Program-made: the position numbers and the translations under genes | Assembly: GCF_009914755.1 (NCBI RefSeq) | Contig: NC_060945.1 | Direction: 5' to 3' (one strand) | DNA length: 64,000 nt | Source of the DNA: the human T2T-CHM13v2.0 reference genome, Homo sapiens | Shown: positions 49,222-63,249 of the stretch, one piece after another | Numbering within the stretch: position 1 is the stretch's first letter | Layout of the letters: each line of letters begins with the position of its first letter | The notes under the pieces: generated by a model | Told to the model about the DNA's origin: nothing | The model's database searches: none | Seen by the model: only the letters and a program-made list of their open reading frames with translations

Positions 49222-49984
49222 TTCTGTATAACAGGTGCCCAGATCAAGATGTAAACTATTTCCAGGGACCCAGTGGGCCCTTGGGGGCCCCCTCCAGTCC
49301 ATACCAGCCCCTCAAGGTAGTTACTACCCTGATGTCTGTTGGCATAGACTAGTTCTGCCTACTCTTGAATATAGGCAGAATAGACAAATGGAGTCACGTG
49401 GTGTGTTGTGTACTCTTTCTTGAGTGGTTTCTTGCATGTCATAGTGTGCCTATTGTCGAGTGCAGCAGCATCTTGTTCTTGTTCACTGCTGTGGACTGTT
49501 GTACGGTGTGAACAGATCACGGATTGCGCACTCAATCTTGACAGGCCACTGGCCATTTCCAGTGTTTGATTATTATGAGGAATGATGCCACAAGCATTCT
49601 CGTATGACTTTTTTGGTGTGTAACCACACACTGCTGTTGGGTGCACACCCAGGCGTGGAGCTGCTGGGTCACTGGATGCCCAGCAGACACTAGCAAGGGA
49701 TGTTTTGAAGTGGTGGGACCATTTTCACACTCACCGATAGTGTAAGGGGGCCTTTCCTCTGCAGCTGTTGGTGGGTAGTGTGATCTCACGGTGGCTTGAG
49801 TTGGCATGTCCCCAATGACTGATGTTGTCAAGTGCTTCTCACCTGTTTCTTGGCCTTTGCATAAACTTTTTGGGGAGGTGTTTTTGCAAGCCTTTCACTC
49901 GTTTATTTAAAATTGGGTGGTCAGTTTTCTTCTTATTGGTCTGTGGGAATTTGTCCATCTGGATGCAAGTCTTTTGTTGGATAT

Positions 49985-50620
49985 TACCTGGAATCAGCCA
50001 AACTCAAGTTCAGGGACACAGTTCTCCAAAGACTTTCCTCATTTCAGATGCCAGTTGCAAATTTGGGGGTTCCCAGGGTCACCTTCACTTCTTACCAGTG
50101 GGCTGCAGATGTGGAGTCCCCATGGACTCCCTCCTGTTCGATAATTCACTGGAACAACTTACAGAGCTTAGGAGAGCCCTGTGCCTGTGAGGACAGCAGA
50201 CACTCATTGTAGTAGAAGGATACAAGTCAGGGTAGCCAAAGGCAGCGGTGCAGAGGGTGAGGTCTGGGGAGCTGAGCAACCAGCTTCTGCTGTCCCCAGG
50301 GCACGCTACCCTCCCGACACATGGATATGGGACAATATTCTTTGAGTGTTGTCATTTGGGGATGTTCACTAAGGTTTTGGTGTCCAGTTTTTTATCGGGG
50401 TTTTATTGCATAGGCGTCCCCATAGCTAAACTCAGGCTCCGGACCCCTACGCACACCAGAGACCAGGCTGATGTCAACTGGTGCAAAGTCCCAACCCTCT
50501 AATCACGTTCTGGGTCCTCCTCGGGAGGCCAGCCCCCACCCAGAATCACCTCATCGGCATAAACTACCTAGGGGCCCTCCATGAGTCACCTCATTAGAAG
50601 AAATTATCAAAGGTGGCCGG
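49985..50620 (-). mobile_element. MER21-type LTR
   Basis: atttcagatgccagttgcaa...ttcgataattcactggaacaacttacagagcttagg...aaagtcccaaccctctaatcac...gagtcacctcattag. Confidence 0.7.
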
Positions 50621-51799
50621 AAGGGCCCCTGGTCCCTCTCAGCCTCCCTGTTGCCCCCAGGAGCTCCAGCGGCCTCTCCCCAAACCCTGCCCTGTGGTCA
50701 GAGATCACCGTCAGTCATGTCGTCAGCCCCAGCTAGTGGGGGCACCCACCCTGGTCTCCAGGGGTCACACCAGTGGCTGCGCTTCCTGAGCCAACCACGT
50801 GTGTCATTGACCTGCATGTTACGAGGTTGGGAGGGGTTGGGGGAACAGGCTGATGTGTGGAACCAGCCGGACTCATGTCAAAAGCCCTTTCCCCTCCCCA
50901 CGCCTGGCACCTGCATCACTGTCTCCTCCAGGCATGCCAGGGAGGGGCCGTCCCCATTGCCCACATGCAGATATCGTGCAAGGCAGGCATCCCTCTCCAC
51001 CCTGGCCATCCCTCGACAGCCATGGGCATTGGCAAGGCAGCCGCTGTGGCTTTACTCTGCCGGGGCCCTGGGCAGCCTTGTGCAGTTCGACGCCGGCCCT
51101 CCTTCTACCGCCTGGGGGTTTGGGCTCCCAGACCTCCTCTGCTGTAAACACCAGACCTCAGATCATGACTTGTGGAAGCAGAGGGCCCAGATGCCTCATG
51201 AAGGCCTGGGAGGGGGCTGGCACCCTGGACTGGGCTCGGGGCCTGAGCAGGGCATGGGCAGGCTCTGCATTCGGCCCTGCCTCCCTTTTCCCAGGCGACT
51301 GACCACTCCTGAGGACCATGGGGCTGTATCCTGGCTGAGGGGACTGCAGGCTCCAGGGCCAGGATGCAGGAGCCTGGTGCCACCTCCACACCAATGCCCT
51401 TGCACGCCGACCCTGGCATTGCCCGCTGCCGGTGGTCAGGTGTGGAGGAGGCACGGGAGGGGCCGAGTACGGCCAGGCTCCTCCCTGGGTGCTGTGGCTG
51501 CCCCACACTGGGGGCCTTACCCTGTCGGGGAAAGATTCCTGTCTGGCATTGGCTGTGCTGAGACATCAGAGGCCAGAGCTGGAGATTTTGGCAGTGGGGA
51601 ATCTTAAGGAAACAGGCACTTCTCTTTGGAAAAAGCACAAGGATTGCCCACTGCCAGAGACAGAGTGGCAGTTTTTGGTCAATCACCAACACTGGTAGAT
51701 GAGCTGTGGATACGAGGGGCTGTGCCCAGAGAGGTCTGAGGCCACGGCCCAGGGGGCCAGGCCGGGCTTCAGGAGGCTCTGTCTCTGGGTAGAAGCACG

Positions 51800-52535
51800 C
51801 ATGGACACACACACACACACAGTGATACACACATTCACACCGACACACATGATCACATACCCACACACATCATTCACCCACACCCATGCACACATACCCT
51901 CGCACACCGCCTCCTACACCCACATGTGCACCCTCGCACACCGTGCCATACACGCAGGTGCACACCCTCGCACACCGCCCCCGTACACGCAGGCGCACAC
52001 CCTCGCACACCGCCCCATACACGCACGCGTGCACCCTTGCACATCATCCCATACACGCACACGCGCACCCTCGCACACCGCCTCATGCACACGTGCACCC
52101 TCACACACCGCCTCATGCACACGTGCACCCTCACACACCGCCCTATACACGCACGCACGCACCCTCCCACACCGCCTCATGCACACGCACACCCTCCCAC
52201 ACTGCCTCATACATGCATGCGTGCAGCCTCGCAGTGTCTCATACACACAAGTGCACTCTCCCACACCGCCTCATACACACAAGTGCACCCTCGCACACCG
52301 CCCCATACATGCACATGCACACTCTCACACACCGCCTCATAAGCGCATGTGTGCACCCTCGCACACCGCCTCATACATGCACGCGTGCACCCTCCGACAC
52401 CGCCTCATACACGCACGCGTGCATTTACAGACACACTTGTGCGTTCTCACAGCGTGGCACGCAGTCACGCTGACACACCCCCATGGGCCGATCACACACA
52501 CTTCACTGACAGTTGTGCACACACACTCTCACGCG
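51800..52535. repeat. CA-rich composite minisatellite (~30-34 bp units)
   Basis: gcaccctc(g/a)cacaccgcc(t/c)cat(a/g)cacgcacgcgt repeats. Confidence 0.9.
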
Positions 52536-53606
52536 GCAGTACTGTGCACTCCCACACCCCCAGGCAAGGGGCCTTCCAAACCCGCTCCAGCCCCTAGGGA
52601 CGAGGCCAGCAGCCCCAGGGAAGCAAACTCAGGGGCTCTTTGCCTTTCTCTTCCCCGAGCCCCTCTGCTCTTCTCTCCAGCCTCAGAACCAGGCACAGGG
52701 GCAGATGCGGTGCTCCCAGCTGGAGGGCAGCCAGGCAGTGTGGACGCGGAGCCTGTCTTATCACCAGCTTCAGCTGAGGCCTGCTGCTTGTCCAGTGTCC
52801 TCAGAGCCCGGCAGGGAGAGAGCGGGAAGGTCTCACGTCCCACAGCTGGGCTTGGGAGGCAGAATCCCTCTGTGTCCTGAGCTTTAGGTTCCCCCGAGAT
52901 GACACGGAGCTTGGGCTGCCCAGGGCTGGATGCTGTTCCTCCCGCTCAGGGCCCCAGCCTTTCCCCAGGAGCTCGACTACGCCACTGTGATGGCAGCTGG
53001 GGGCACTGGACGGCTGAGCAGCTCCAATTAGCTGAGTCCTCCCTACGGTCAGCCCCCCAGGAAGCTCGCTGGCCCGGCCACCTCAGGAGCTGCACTTGTC
53101 ACCTGCAGATGGAGGCTCAGGGAAGAAGTTGCCCCTGGGCCTGCAGTGCCCGTGCACACCGGCATGACCTCTTTCCTCACACTTGACTCTCGGGGCCTGA
53201 GGTCGCACCACCGAGGGTCTGTTTGTTATGATTTCAAAAGTTCTCTCCAACAATTCCACCTCGCTGGGGGGAGCTGTTATTTAAACTCTTGAGATGTATT
53301 TACTTTTGGCCCAAGGTCAGGTGATGATGGTTTTCCACGGAAGCGAGCGCCAGGCCCATCTGTTTAGACAAGTGTGTATGGCGGGTGGGGCCGTGGGGCT
53401 GGTCCGGGACGTTCAGTCCAAACCGCCAGGGAGCGGACGGCCCAGGAAAATATCCGTAAATCCCGAGAGATGCTTATTGTTCTCTCACATAAAAAAAATT
53501 GGAGGCAGGGATGCCCAGCCTGGTGTGCCATTTAGTGACATTGGGGGCGGGCTTCTGGTACTTTGCTGTGCTCCCAACCTAGATCATGACTAAGATGTCA
53601 CCCTAA

Positions 53607-54600
<994 letters not shown>

Positions 54601-56805
54601 CTGAACAGGGCTGCTTTTTCAGCCTGACAACCCCAGGGGCTGAACAGGAGCTGGGGGAGGAGCAAGGGGCCGTTCCCCTGCCCCACAGCACAGCACACGA
54701 CCCCGCCTTGGAACCTGGGGCCCGGGGTGAATCGAGGGTCCTGGAGCAAGAGGGGCTGCTCCACAGGAGAGCCTGTCCCGCCACCCCTCAGCCACCAGAT
54801 TCGGGGCTGCTGGACTTGTTCTCAAACCTGCACAGTGAGTGACAGCTGCTGAGACGGAGGTCTCAGGCAGTGCAGGTGAATCAGCATGGACCACGGCGAG
54901 CCCGCCTTCATCCTTCTCCTGGGAGGACTCGTTCCTTAGAAGCGAACGGGGGCCTCCTCACCAGGGAAATAAAAACCAAGCAAGGGGAAAGCACGGAATG
55001 TGTGGAGCTTCCTGGGAGCCTTCTTCTGAGGCTGAAAGTGGCTCCCTGCCTGAGTTGGTCCATGCGGGAATCACAGGGAGATGGTGGCTGGGCCTGTCAG
55101 GACCTTTCAGCCCACCTGGTGGACGGGGGTCCATGAGGGTGGTGGGGGTGCAGGCGGGGTACACCTGGTGATGCAGACACAGGCCCCTTCAGTCAGCTGT
55201 TGTCACGCTAGTGCTGTGTAACACACACTCCTGATGGAAACACTGAAATAACCGCCTATGGTTCCTGCTCACCAGCTACAGCTGCTGCACGTGCCCTGCT
55301 CAGCTCCCAGCTCAGCTCCGGGCTGCAGGTGGGCTGCAGCTCCGATCCTCGTCCTCATCTCCGTTGGCCCATGGGCTGGCGAGGACACACGGCCACAGTG
55401 ACACAGAGCACCAGGGGCCGACCTGGCTGCACCCACACACCCCAGCACTGCTTGTACCAAGTCCACCGACACCCACAGGCCCGAGCAAGTCACATAGCAA
55501 AGCGCAAGGCCCAGGGCTCCGGAAGCCTCCCTGAGGCTACAGCACACCCCATCTGCCCCTGAGGCTGAGGGGCAAGGCCAAGGAGAGGGGCTGCCTCTGA
55601 GTGGGCCCTCCATGCTGGCCAATGAGTCAGAAAGGAGGACCGTACACCTTGCCAGTGGGAAGATGCCGCGCTCTGCCTTTGCGCTGCTCTGTACCTCAGC
55701 GTCCCTCCAGCTAACTCAGGAGACACATCCTGGCTTTCCCTCCACCTATTTGGAAAGGGAGCTCGCTGGGCCAGCCAGGAAAACGCAGTGGGATTTGATT
55801 CTGCGCAGCCCCGTCCTGGGGGTGCCCCAGGAAGAAGTGCTGTGCCAGCACCGACCGACCAGTTCTAGACTCAGCCTGGCTTCTGCGTCCACTCAAGGGA
55901 GATGGGTTTGTGTCGGCAGAGAGGGCCTCTCCCTAGGTTACCTTACCTGGCTCTGTTTTGGGGGATCCCTCACCTGGCCCTGCTTTGGATGCAGAGCCCT
56001 TGATGAGGTGGGTTGTTTGAGGGGTGGACCTGGGGATTTGACCCAAACTTCCTAATCCGCCAGAGCCCTCGTTGACTCAGCAGCCTCCACCCCCAGGCTT
56101 CTCTGTGCAGGCAGAGCCCTGCCCGGCCTGGAGAGCTCAGGACAGCGCGGCTTCGGGCCGGCCCTGCAGGAGTGCCGGGTGGGTGTTTTGTGTGTCCCCA
56201 TCTCTGCCTGTATCAACCCTAAAACATACATCATGTGTACTTGATCCCCGTTCTCCTCATTTCCTGCAACACTATTGTGTGGACGCCATTTAGGGGCTGC
56301 TGACGGTAACTCACGTGGCCGTGGCTATCCCTGAGCTGCTCTGGGACTTCCTGGGTCAGTCAGTGTGGGAGCTGACCAAACTCTGAGGAGCTTAGTGTCA
56401 TACTAATTTTGCCATTGACCCCGTTGTGGACCCCATCCTCTCCCCAAACAGGAGAGAATTTTGCCTGGAGAATTCTGAAGCTCGCCTCGAGGTTTCCGTC
56501 AGCCCCCTCTTGACCCCGGAGCTGCCCAAGGACACGAGCCTGGAGACACGTGTCTGATGTTCCGCAGTGACTGCTGCATGCTGGAGTCTGATGTGGCGGG
56601 ACAGGCCCGGCGTATGCTTGGCGCCACGGTGTCCTTTCTCAGCCACTCGGCACTGGCAGGCAGGGTGTTTGGAACAGCATTGCAGATGGGTGTCAATGAT
56701 AAGGTGAGGCTCCTATCACGGGCAGCGATTATTCAGCAGGGGACCCGTGGCTGCTCTGCCTTGTGTTGGAAAAGCTCTCATGGCCTCAGTTTCTTCCTCT
56801 GGAAC

Positions 56806-57238
56806 TGATGCAGGACAGTGAGCCCCAAAGCTGGGGCTTAGCCCAGGAAGGTTCTTGGGTTCACTAGGGAGGAATTCCAGAGCGAGCGGGAGGTGGAAGG
56901 AAACAGCTTCACTGAGGTGGCTGTGTCACAGCTCCGTGACTGTGCCTGCAGGGCAGAGCCCCTCCCCCCGCCCCGCAGCATGGGGAGCAGCTGCTCAGGG
57001 ACAGGCCTGCAGTCATATTTATACCCGTTTTTAACCATATGAAAATTAAGGGGTGAGTTATTCAGAAATGTCTAGAAAAAAGGAGGCAACTTCTTGGTCA
57101 TTGCCATGGAAAGGGGTGGTAACTTCTGGGTGTGGCCATGGCCCTGGCGGGCGTGTCTTACGGAGAGGTGCTCCTGACTCCTTCCTGTTTCAACAGTCCT
57201 CAATCTGGTCCGGAGTCAAGTCCCACCTCCTACCTCCA
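56806..57238 (-). mobile_element. ERV1 solo LTR (MER66-like)
   Basis: tgatgcaggacagtgagccccaaagctggggcttagccc...gcagtcatatttataccc...ttgccatggaaaggggtggtaacttc...ccacctcctacctcca. Confidence 0.72.
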
Positions 57239-57315
57239 TGGTTTCTACCTGAAAAAGCACTGAGAAGACTCCGCAGGTGAACGTGCAAATCTGGGGTGCA
57301 GGGGAACTCGTAGGG

Positions 57316-57680
57316 GGATACAGGCTGAACTATGTCCCGCATAAATGATATGTCGAAGCCCTAACCCTCAGAACGTGACCTTATTTGGATAAGGTCTTTA
57401 AAGAGATGAGTTAAAAGGAGGCGTGAGGTTGGGCCCTAACTCAGCATGGCTGGTGTCCTTATAAAGAGAGGACAGGTGGACAGAGACAGGCACAGAGGGG
57501 CGCCCATGAGGACGCGGGGAGAAGACGGTCACCTGAAAGCCAAGGGGAGGAGCTCAGAGGAACTGGCCCTGCCACGCCTTGACCTTGGATTTCGGCCTCC
57601 AGAACAAGAGAAGATCCGCGTCTGCTGCTGGAGCCTCCGGCTGGGGTCCTTTGTGGTGGCCACCCCGGTGAACTCACACA
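57316..57680 (+). mobile_element. MaLR LTR (MLT1B-like)
   Basis: ggctgaactatgtccc...gtgaccttatttgga...ctggtgtccttataaagagagg...gaccttggatttcggcctccagaac...gaactcacaca. Confidence 0.8.
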
Positions 57681-58744
57681 GGACGTGTGAACTCACACAG
57701 GACACGCAAAAGTTTCCCCAGTGTCTCCTCTGGAACTTCCTGGTGTTTTGAAGAAGGCACTCCATTTCTGAAGGGCACTGGCAGCATATTTCTGTGTTTA
57801 GAACTTTTCCCATGCATATTTTTGAACAAGTATTTTAGGAAGATAAATATCAGCACGTTTTGCTGCTGTTGAGAGGGTCTGTGGGGTCTGTTTAGAAAAT
57901 ACGTGATGGTTCTGACCACAGAGCCCCGGGCATCACCGGCCACACCGTTGCCCCCGGGAGGGGTCAGCAGAGCCCCCGTGGTCCAGACAGGCAGAGCCTC
58001 TGTGTCCGGGGTGGCTGTGGGTCCTCAGGACGCCTGCCCGGCTTGAGTGTGTCTGTTGCTTAGCTTGTTTGGGGGCAGAATTAACCCAGTGCCTTCGCCA
58101 ATTCTATTTGTTTTTGTCCGGGAGTTGGTGATTAGTGCAAACATCAAGGACACATGTTTTGAGGGCCTTATGTGCCAAGGGGCAGACAGAGGGCTTGTGT
58201 GTTCGGTGGGGGTCAGGACCTTGTCACTGAGCTTCCCTGACCCTGGAAGCCCAGGGTGGCCGCCTGCTTCCCCCATGGGCTGCTGAGTGAAATGGGGGTT
58301 CCTGAGGAGCAGTGACGGGGAGGTCCACCCAGGTCGCTGGGCCATGTGGTGAGAGCCTGCAGGTGGCACCGGACACGCCTGGGTCGCCCCTGCCATTGTG
58401 GGGCTCCCGCTACCCAGCTGCTGACAGAGCCACTGCTTTCCCCGGGTATAGCGCATGTGGAGGGTGGAATCCCACGTGTGGGTCCAGTGCCCACATGTCC
58501 TGACCTCAGGAGCACACGATGGTCTTGGGCCCCGCAGCATCCAAGAGACACCTGGATAAGGGCCAGGAGGTGCATGGCACGGGCTCCCTGGGAGGCACTC
58601 GGTTTTCATTATTTACTATTGAAAACTAAGAGCAGCCAGGTGGAACCTGGAGCTCCCACCGCAGTGGACTTCGTGGCATTCTCTGCAGCATCACGTGGCC
58701 TGGGGCAGGGAGCCCAGCTCGCCTCCTGCCCTGCTCGGCCCCGG

Positions 58745-58994
58745 GCTTGCAGCCACAGCGCCCCTCTGATCTCGGCCTTCGGCTGCGCGTGGCTCTCCCT
58801 TGTGTGTCTGTGTCTCTCTTCTCATGGGGACACCAGTCACATCGGGTCAGGGTTTATCCTATTCTAGTGGAAGCTCGTCTTAATTTAACTATTTCCATCT
58901 GCAAAGACCCGATTTTCAAGTAAGGTCACGTTCGCTGGTGCCAGGGTCACGGCACCCACATATTTTTTGGGGGGGACACAGGGGACCTGTAACA
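58745..58994 (-). mobile_element. MaLR LTR fragment (MLT1C-like)
   Basis: ggacaccagtcacatcgg...catctgcaaagacccgattttcaagtaaggtcacgttc...ggggggacaca...gtaaca. Confidence 0.7.
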
Positions 58995-60398
58995 GATGGC
59001 AAGGCAGCCCCTCCCTTTAGGAGCAGGACTTGGCCGAAGTGCAAGGGTGGGCCATGAGGATGTGGACGCACCGCCCCGACCAGTGACCATGGGGGTTTGT
59101 GGGAGCTGTTTCTCACCGGCAGGCCCTGGGAACGTAAATGCAGGCTGTCTGGGAGGTCGCCAGGGCTGCCCCCTCTGCATCTTCCTGCGGGCAAAGGACA
59201 TTTGCAGCCACGGTGCTGGGGAGCCAAGGAGATGCCGCGATGCAGCCACCCTGGGCCCCGCAGTGGTGCAGATGAACCACCTTGTGAGCAAGTGAAGAGG
59301 GGATGGGTGAGCCCACCCACAGCAAGGGGAGAAGGAAGTCCCCACTCACGCGGACACCGAGAGATCCTGCCCAGTCACCACTGCAAGGCCAGGAGTGGGG
59401 ACCTGCAGTGCCCGGGTCCCTGTCCAGTCCGTAGGGCAGCTGGAGGGGGGTGGGGCAGGGAAACTGTCAAAGTACAGCAGTACAAACCTGGCCAGAGCCC
59501 ACTGTGCGAATGCCCATTGGGACTTCGTGGGCCTCTGGGGCCTGAGGCTCAGTGGAAGAGAATTAAGACTTTTCTCAAAGTAGAAAAGGAAGAGGAGAAT
59601 TCCTTTCCTTTCCCTCCTCCAGGGGGTGGAGGCATAAAGGGACCCCCAGGCAGGCACAGCCCGGGGGCCACGCATGCACCCTTCATTCCTCCACTGGCTG
59701 ACAGTGTGTGCATGAGCGTGGATGGAGCGAGTGCTGCCCTCCGTGTAGGGGAGCCCTCCCAAGAGCACCCCACAAGCCAGGGAGCCCCAAGCAGCCCCCA
59801 GCGGGTCTGGGATCCGGTCCTGGGTAAGCGTACTGTGTCTCCTAGAGCATTTTTTAGGGGTGGCCGGAGGGACAGGCATGGGGAAGAAGTGAGCCTGTTC
59901 TCGGAGCTACCCCCCATCATCCAGAGGCATACAGGACAAGGCGCCCCTCCTCCCTCCACCAGCCCCACCCAGAAGCCCCTGAAGGCAGCATCAGGCACCC
60001 CAAGGATGAGGTTGGCTGCTGAATCTCCAGCGGTGACAGCTTGGTCTTCCAGCAAAATCTCCAGGTCCCAAGGAGTTCCAGCAGTATCCTGAGACCCCCT
60101 AATGCAGCGTGCCTGCCCTCGCCCATGATGGCCTGGTTGTCAAAGGGCGAGGCCAGCCCAGCATCACCCACAGCAGTGCATCCATGGAAACACACTCCTG
60201 GGGAATTAAAGACGGGTGTCACGTGCTCCCAGTCGGGCCAGGATGGAAAGGGTCTTCTCATCTTTCCAGTTGGTGCAATGACAGCCAATTTCGACATGAG
60301 CAGGTGCGCAGGAAGCAAGGGCAGCACCGGCCCAGGAGGGCCTGGTGATGTGTACGGTTATTATTGGAAGTGTGATGGCAGTCGGGAGTGCAGGGCCA

Positions 60399-60427
60399 TG
60401 AGTCACACCCAAGGTGACCTTGAGTCA
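60399..60427. promoter_or_regulatory. Composite AP-1 / ERR-NR5A / AP-1 motif
   Basis: TGAGTCA 60399 and 60421; TGACCTTGA 60415-60423. Confidence 0.35.
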
Positions 60428-62054
60428 TGCATCTGCCCGGCTCTTGGGCCTCGGGCTAACCAGCTCCCCGCCTCCTCTCCACACAGGAGACCACAGAGAG
60501 GTTTTCCGAGCCTGGCTGCGGGTGGGGCAGCCCCACCAAGTGTCTGGGGCCAGCGGCTCCCCAGTGTTCTCCTAAGCCTGTAACTTCCCTGGGGATCCCT
60601 GGGACTCGCTGTCTCAGACAGAGCCTCACCCACCTCGGAGCTGGTTCTCCTGATACCACAGGGCCCAAGGGTATCGTGGCTGCCAGGGTGGGGCAGGACC
60701 AGAAACTGAACTGGCTGTACTCAAGAATGCAAATGGCGTGAGAATAGGGAAGGGTGCCGGCCACAGTGACACTGGCAGCTGCGTCCTGCCCACACAGCTG
60801 GCATGGGAATTCCCCACCTGGAGCACACGCTGCTCATGTCTTAGTTGAGGAAGGGATAAGGGGCTAAGGAGGGGGTGTCCCTGACCAATGGGACCTGGGG
60901 TCTAACCTGACCCACAGGATGGCTGCTCTGTCCACCCCAGCCCTGTGGACATCTCTTGCCCACCCAGCCATGGCAAAAATGAGGAGCCCCCGACCATGGT
61001 GACCCTGTCTGCCAGCCCCAAATTTGGGACTCAGAGTTGGACAGGCCAGAGTGAGGAGGAACACCAGCCCCCTGGAAGCCCCCTGGAAGCCCCCTGGAAT
61101 ACGAAGCCGTCACCGCTGAGATCATCCCTAAGTGCCTGCTGATCACCCCTCCCTCCTCCAGACGGAAGGAAATCCTACAAAGGAAACACACGTATCAGAC
61201 TTTCTACACCTCCCAGCTAGACTCTCTTTCAACATGGGCTAACACCACAGAATGACCTTACAGGTTCTAGAAACATGGACATCCGCCCCAGGGCTTTGAT
61301 TGGGGAACGGAGCCCCTGCTTTTCTAGAGTGAATTTTTTGAGCAGCTTGCAACCTCTGTCAGTAATTTGTCTCTTATTCTGGAGGGTGCCAGGCACGAGG
61401 AGACGGTGGGCTTCCTGCTGATCCAGGCCCACCCTTTGCGGATAAGATGAGGCCTTCCCTGCTAGTGGGAGCCAGGCCTATGGGGCGGGGACAGCCTGGG
61501 CCCTCCCAGGGAGTGTAGAGGAGGAGGATGTGCTGGAAGGATGGCACCCCAGCCCGGAAGGACCCCCGCCCAGGACAGCCAGGCCTCTTGCCACAGGGGA
61601 CACTTATGCCCCACACAGAAAGCACCCCGTTTCTCAGGGCTTCTCATGGGCAGAGTAACCCCAGAGACCCTGGAATGAAACTCATGCGTCTGTGAAATAA
61701 GACCAGGATTAAGCATCTGATGAGATTGTGTTGGTGGAAAAGGTCGGTAAAGAGGGTGTGAGCTTGGTGCTGCCCTGGTGAAGGAAAAACCTACCCAGAA
61801 TTACTGTGGGTCACATAGGCCGGGTGAGCAAAGCCAGAGGCTTTTCCAGACCCCCTCTGGCTGGGTCTCCTTGGAGGGCGAGTGGATGGGAGGGGCAGGG
61901 AGGCCTGCAGGGATTGCCTCCAAGTGAGAAGCTTGGCCAGGCCGCAGATCCAGGCAGCTGGTGTTTTACTTTACTTATCTCTTCTCTCCTTTTTTTTTTC
62001 TGTTTAGTTTTTTCTAACACTTTTCTGTCTACTTTCAACAAGTTAAAGAACTTT

Positions 62055-62780
62055 TTGTTTTATTTATTTATTTATTTTCCTGTGGTAAAATATGCATAAG
62101 ATAAAATTTGCCATTTCAGCCATTTTTAGGTGCACGGTTCAGTGGCATGAAGCATATCCACATTGTTGTCAGTCATCACCACCACGCATCCCCAGAACGT
62201 TCCATCCTCCCAAACTGAAACCCCGTCCCCATTGAACACTCCCTCCCCATGCCCCTCCTCGGTCCCCAGCACTCACCGTTCCACCTCCGGTCTCTATGAA
62301 CCAGACTCCGCCAGGGACCTCATACGGGTGGAACCACCCGGTGTCAGTCCCTGTGTACCTGGCTTATTTCACTCAGCATCATGTTCTCAAGGTCGGTCCT
62401 TGCTGTGGTGTGTGTCAGGATGTCACTCAGCATCATGTTCTCAAGGTCTGTCCATGTTGTGGCGTGTGTCAGGATGTCACTCGGCATCATGTTGTCAAGG
62501 TTGGTCCTTGCTGTGGCGTGTGTCACGATGTCCTTGCTTTCTGAGGCCAGATCCTATTTGGCATGCATAGACCATCTTTTGCCTGCTCACGCCTCTGTCC
62601 ATGGGCCCTTGAGTGGCTTCCATCTGTCGGCTGCTGTGAATAAACCTGCTGTGAACATGGGTGTACAAATATCTCTTTGAATCTCTGCTTTCAATTCTTT
62701 TGGGTATATACCCAGAGAAGAAATTGCTGGATCACGTGGTAATTCGATGTTTAACTGTTTTGAGGAGCTGCCATACTTCA
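62055..62780 (-). mobile_element. L1MB-type 3' end
   Basis: tgtggtaaaatatgcataagataaaatttgccattt...tgtgaacatgggtgtacaaatatctc...gggtatatacccagagaagaaattgctggatc. Confidence 0.85.
62369..62532. repeat. 3 x 54 bp tandem repeat inside L1MB
   Basis: tcactc(a/g)gcatcatgtt starts at 62369, 62423 and 62477. Confidence 0.92.
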
Positions 62781-63249
62781 CAAGTTTTTGAAGGTTTAGG
62801 GTTTCTTTGGGAGTTTCCGTTATATTTTTTTTAATAGTGTCACAGAACTAATTTTGATGAAAAACACTCATTCTCTATCTTCTCATTCTGGGGGAATAAA
62901 TTAGTGTGATTTGAATATAATGTAATTGCATGCAAATCCAGCCACAAAACCGGGCGCTGCGCACTGGCAGAGGGTCAGGAGTTGTGCCACCTTGCTAGGG
63001 AGGAAGGAGGGTGTGTTTCCATGATATGCCAGCGGTCGGTCCTCTTAAAAGGGTGTGTATTCTCTTGCTGACTGTTTAGAATTGGCAAGATGTGGTAATA
63101 ATAGTTGGTTTTACTATCATTTTTAGATTCTTTACAGGCATCACACTCCCTGATTGTCTTGTTCCCTCCTATTACACTACACACCTGCTATACCACTGAT
63201 CATAGCTATAGATGCCTAGGACTGTAACTGATACAACAACAAAGCTACA

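Larger units (their letters stand above)
47110..49985 (-). mobile_element. Old L1ME-type fragments, with an MLT1 inserted at 48640-49221
   Basis: cagaggtaaccac..., gaaatgcccgttcatgacctttgtccattttt, aagaaatcccttcctactgtgaggtcacatagata, gtgcttctcacctgtttcttggcc. Confidence 0.7.

Noticed and set aside
50651-52880. 318-aa and 393-aa ORFs
   Set aside because: No recognisable domain; long ORFs are expected in GC-rich DNA, and the second spans the CA-rich minisatellite
59097-60583. 331-aa and 180-aa ORFs
   Set aside because: No recognisable homology; composition typical of random GC-rich frames
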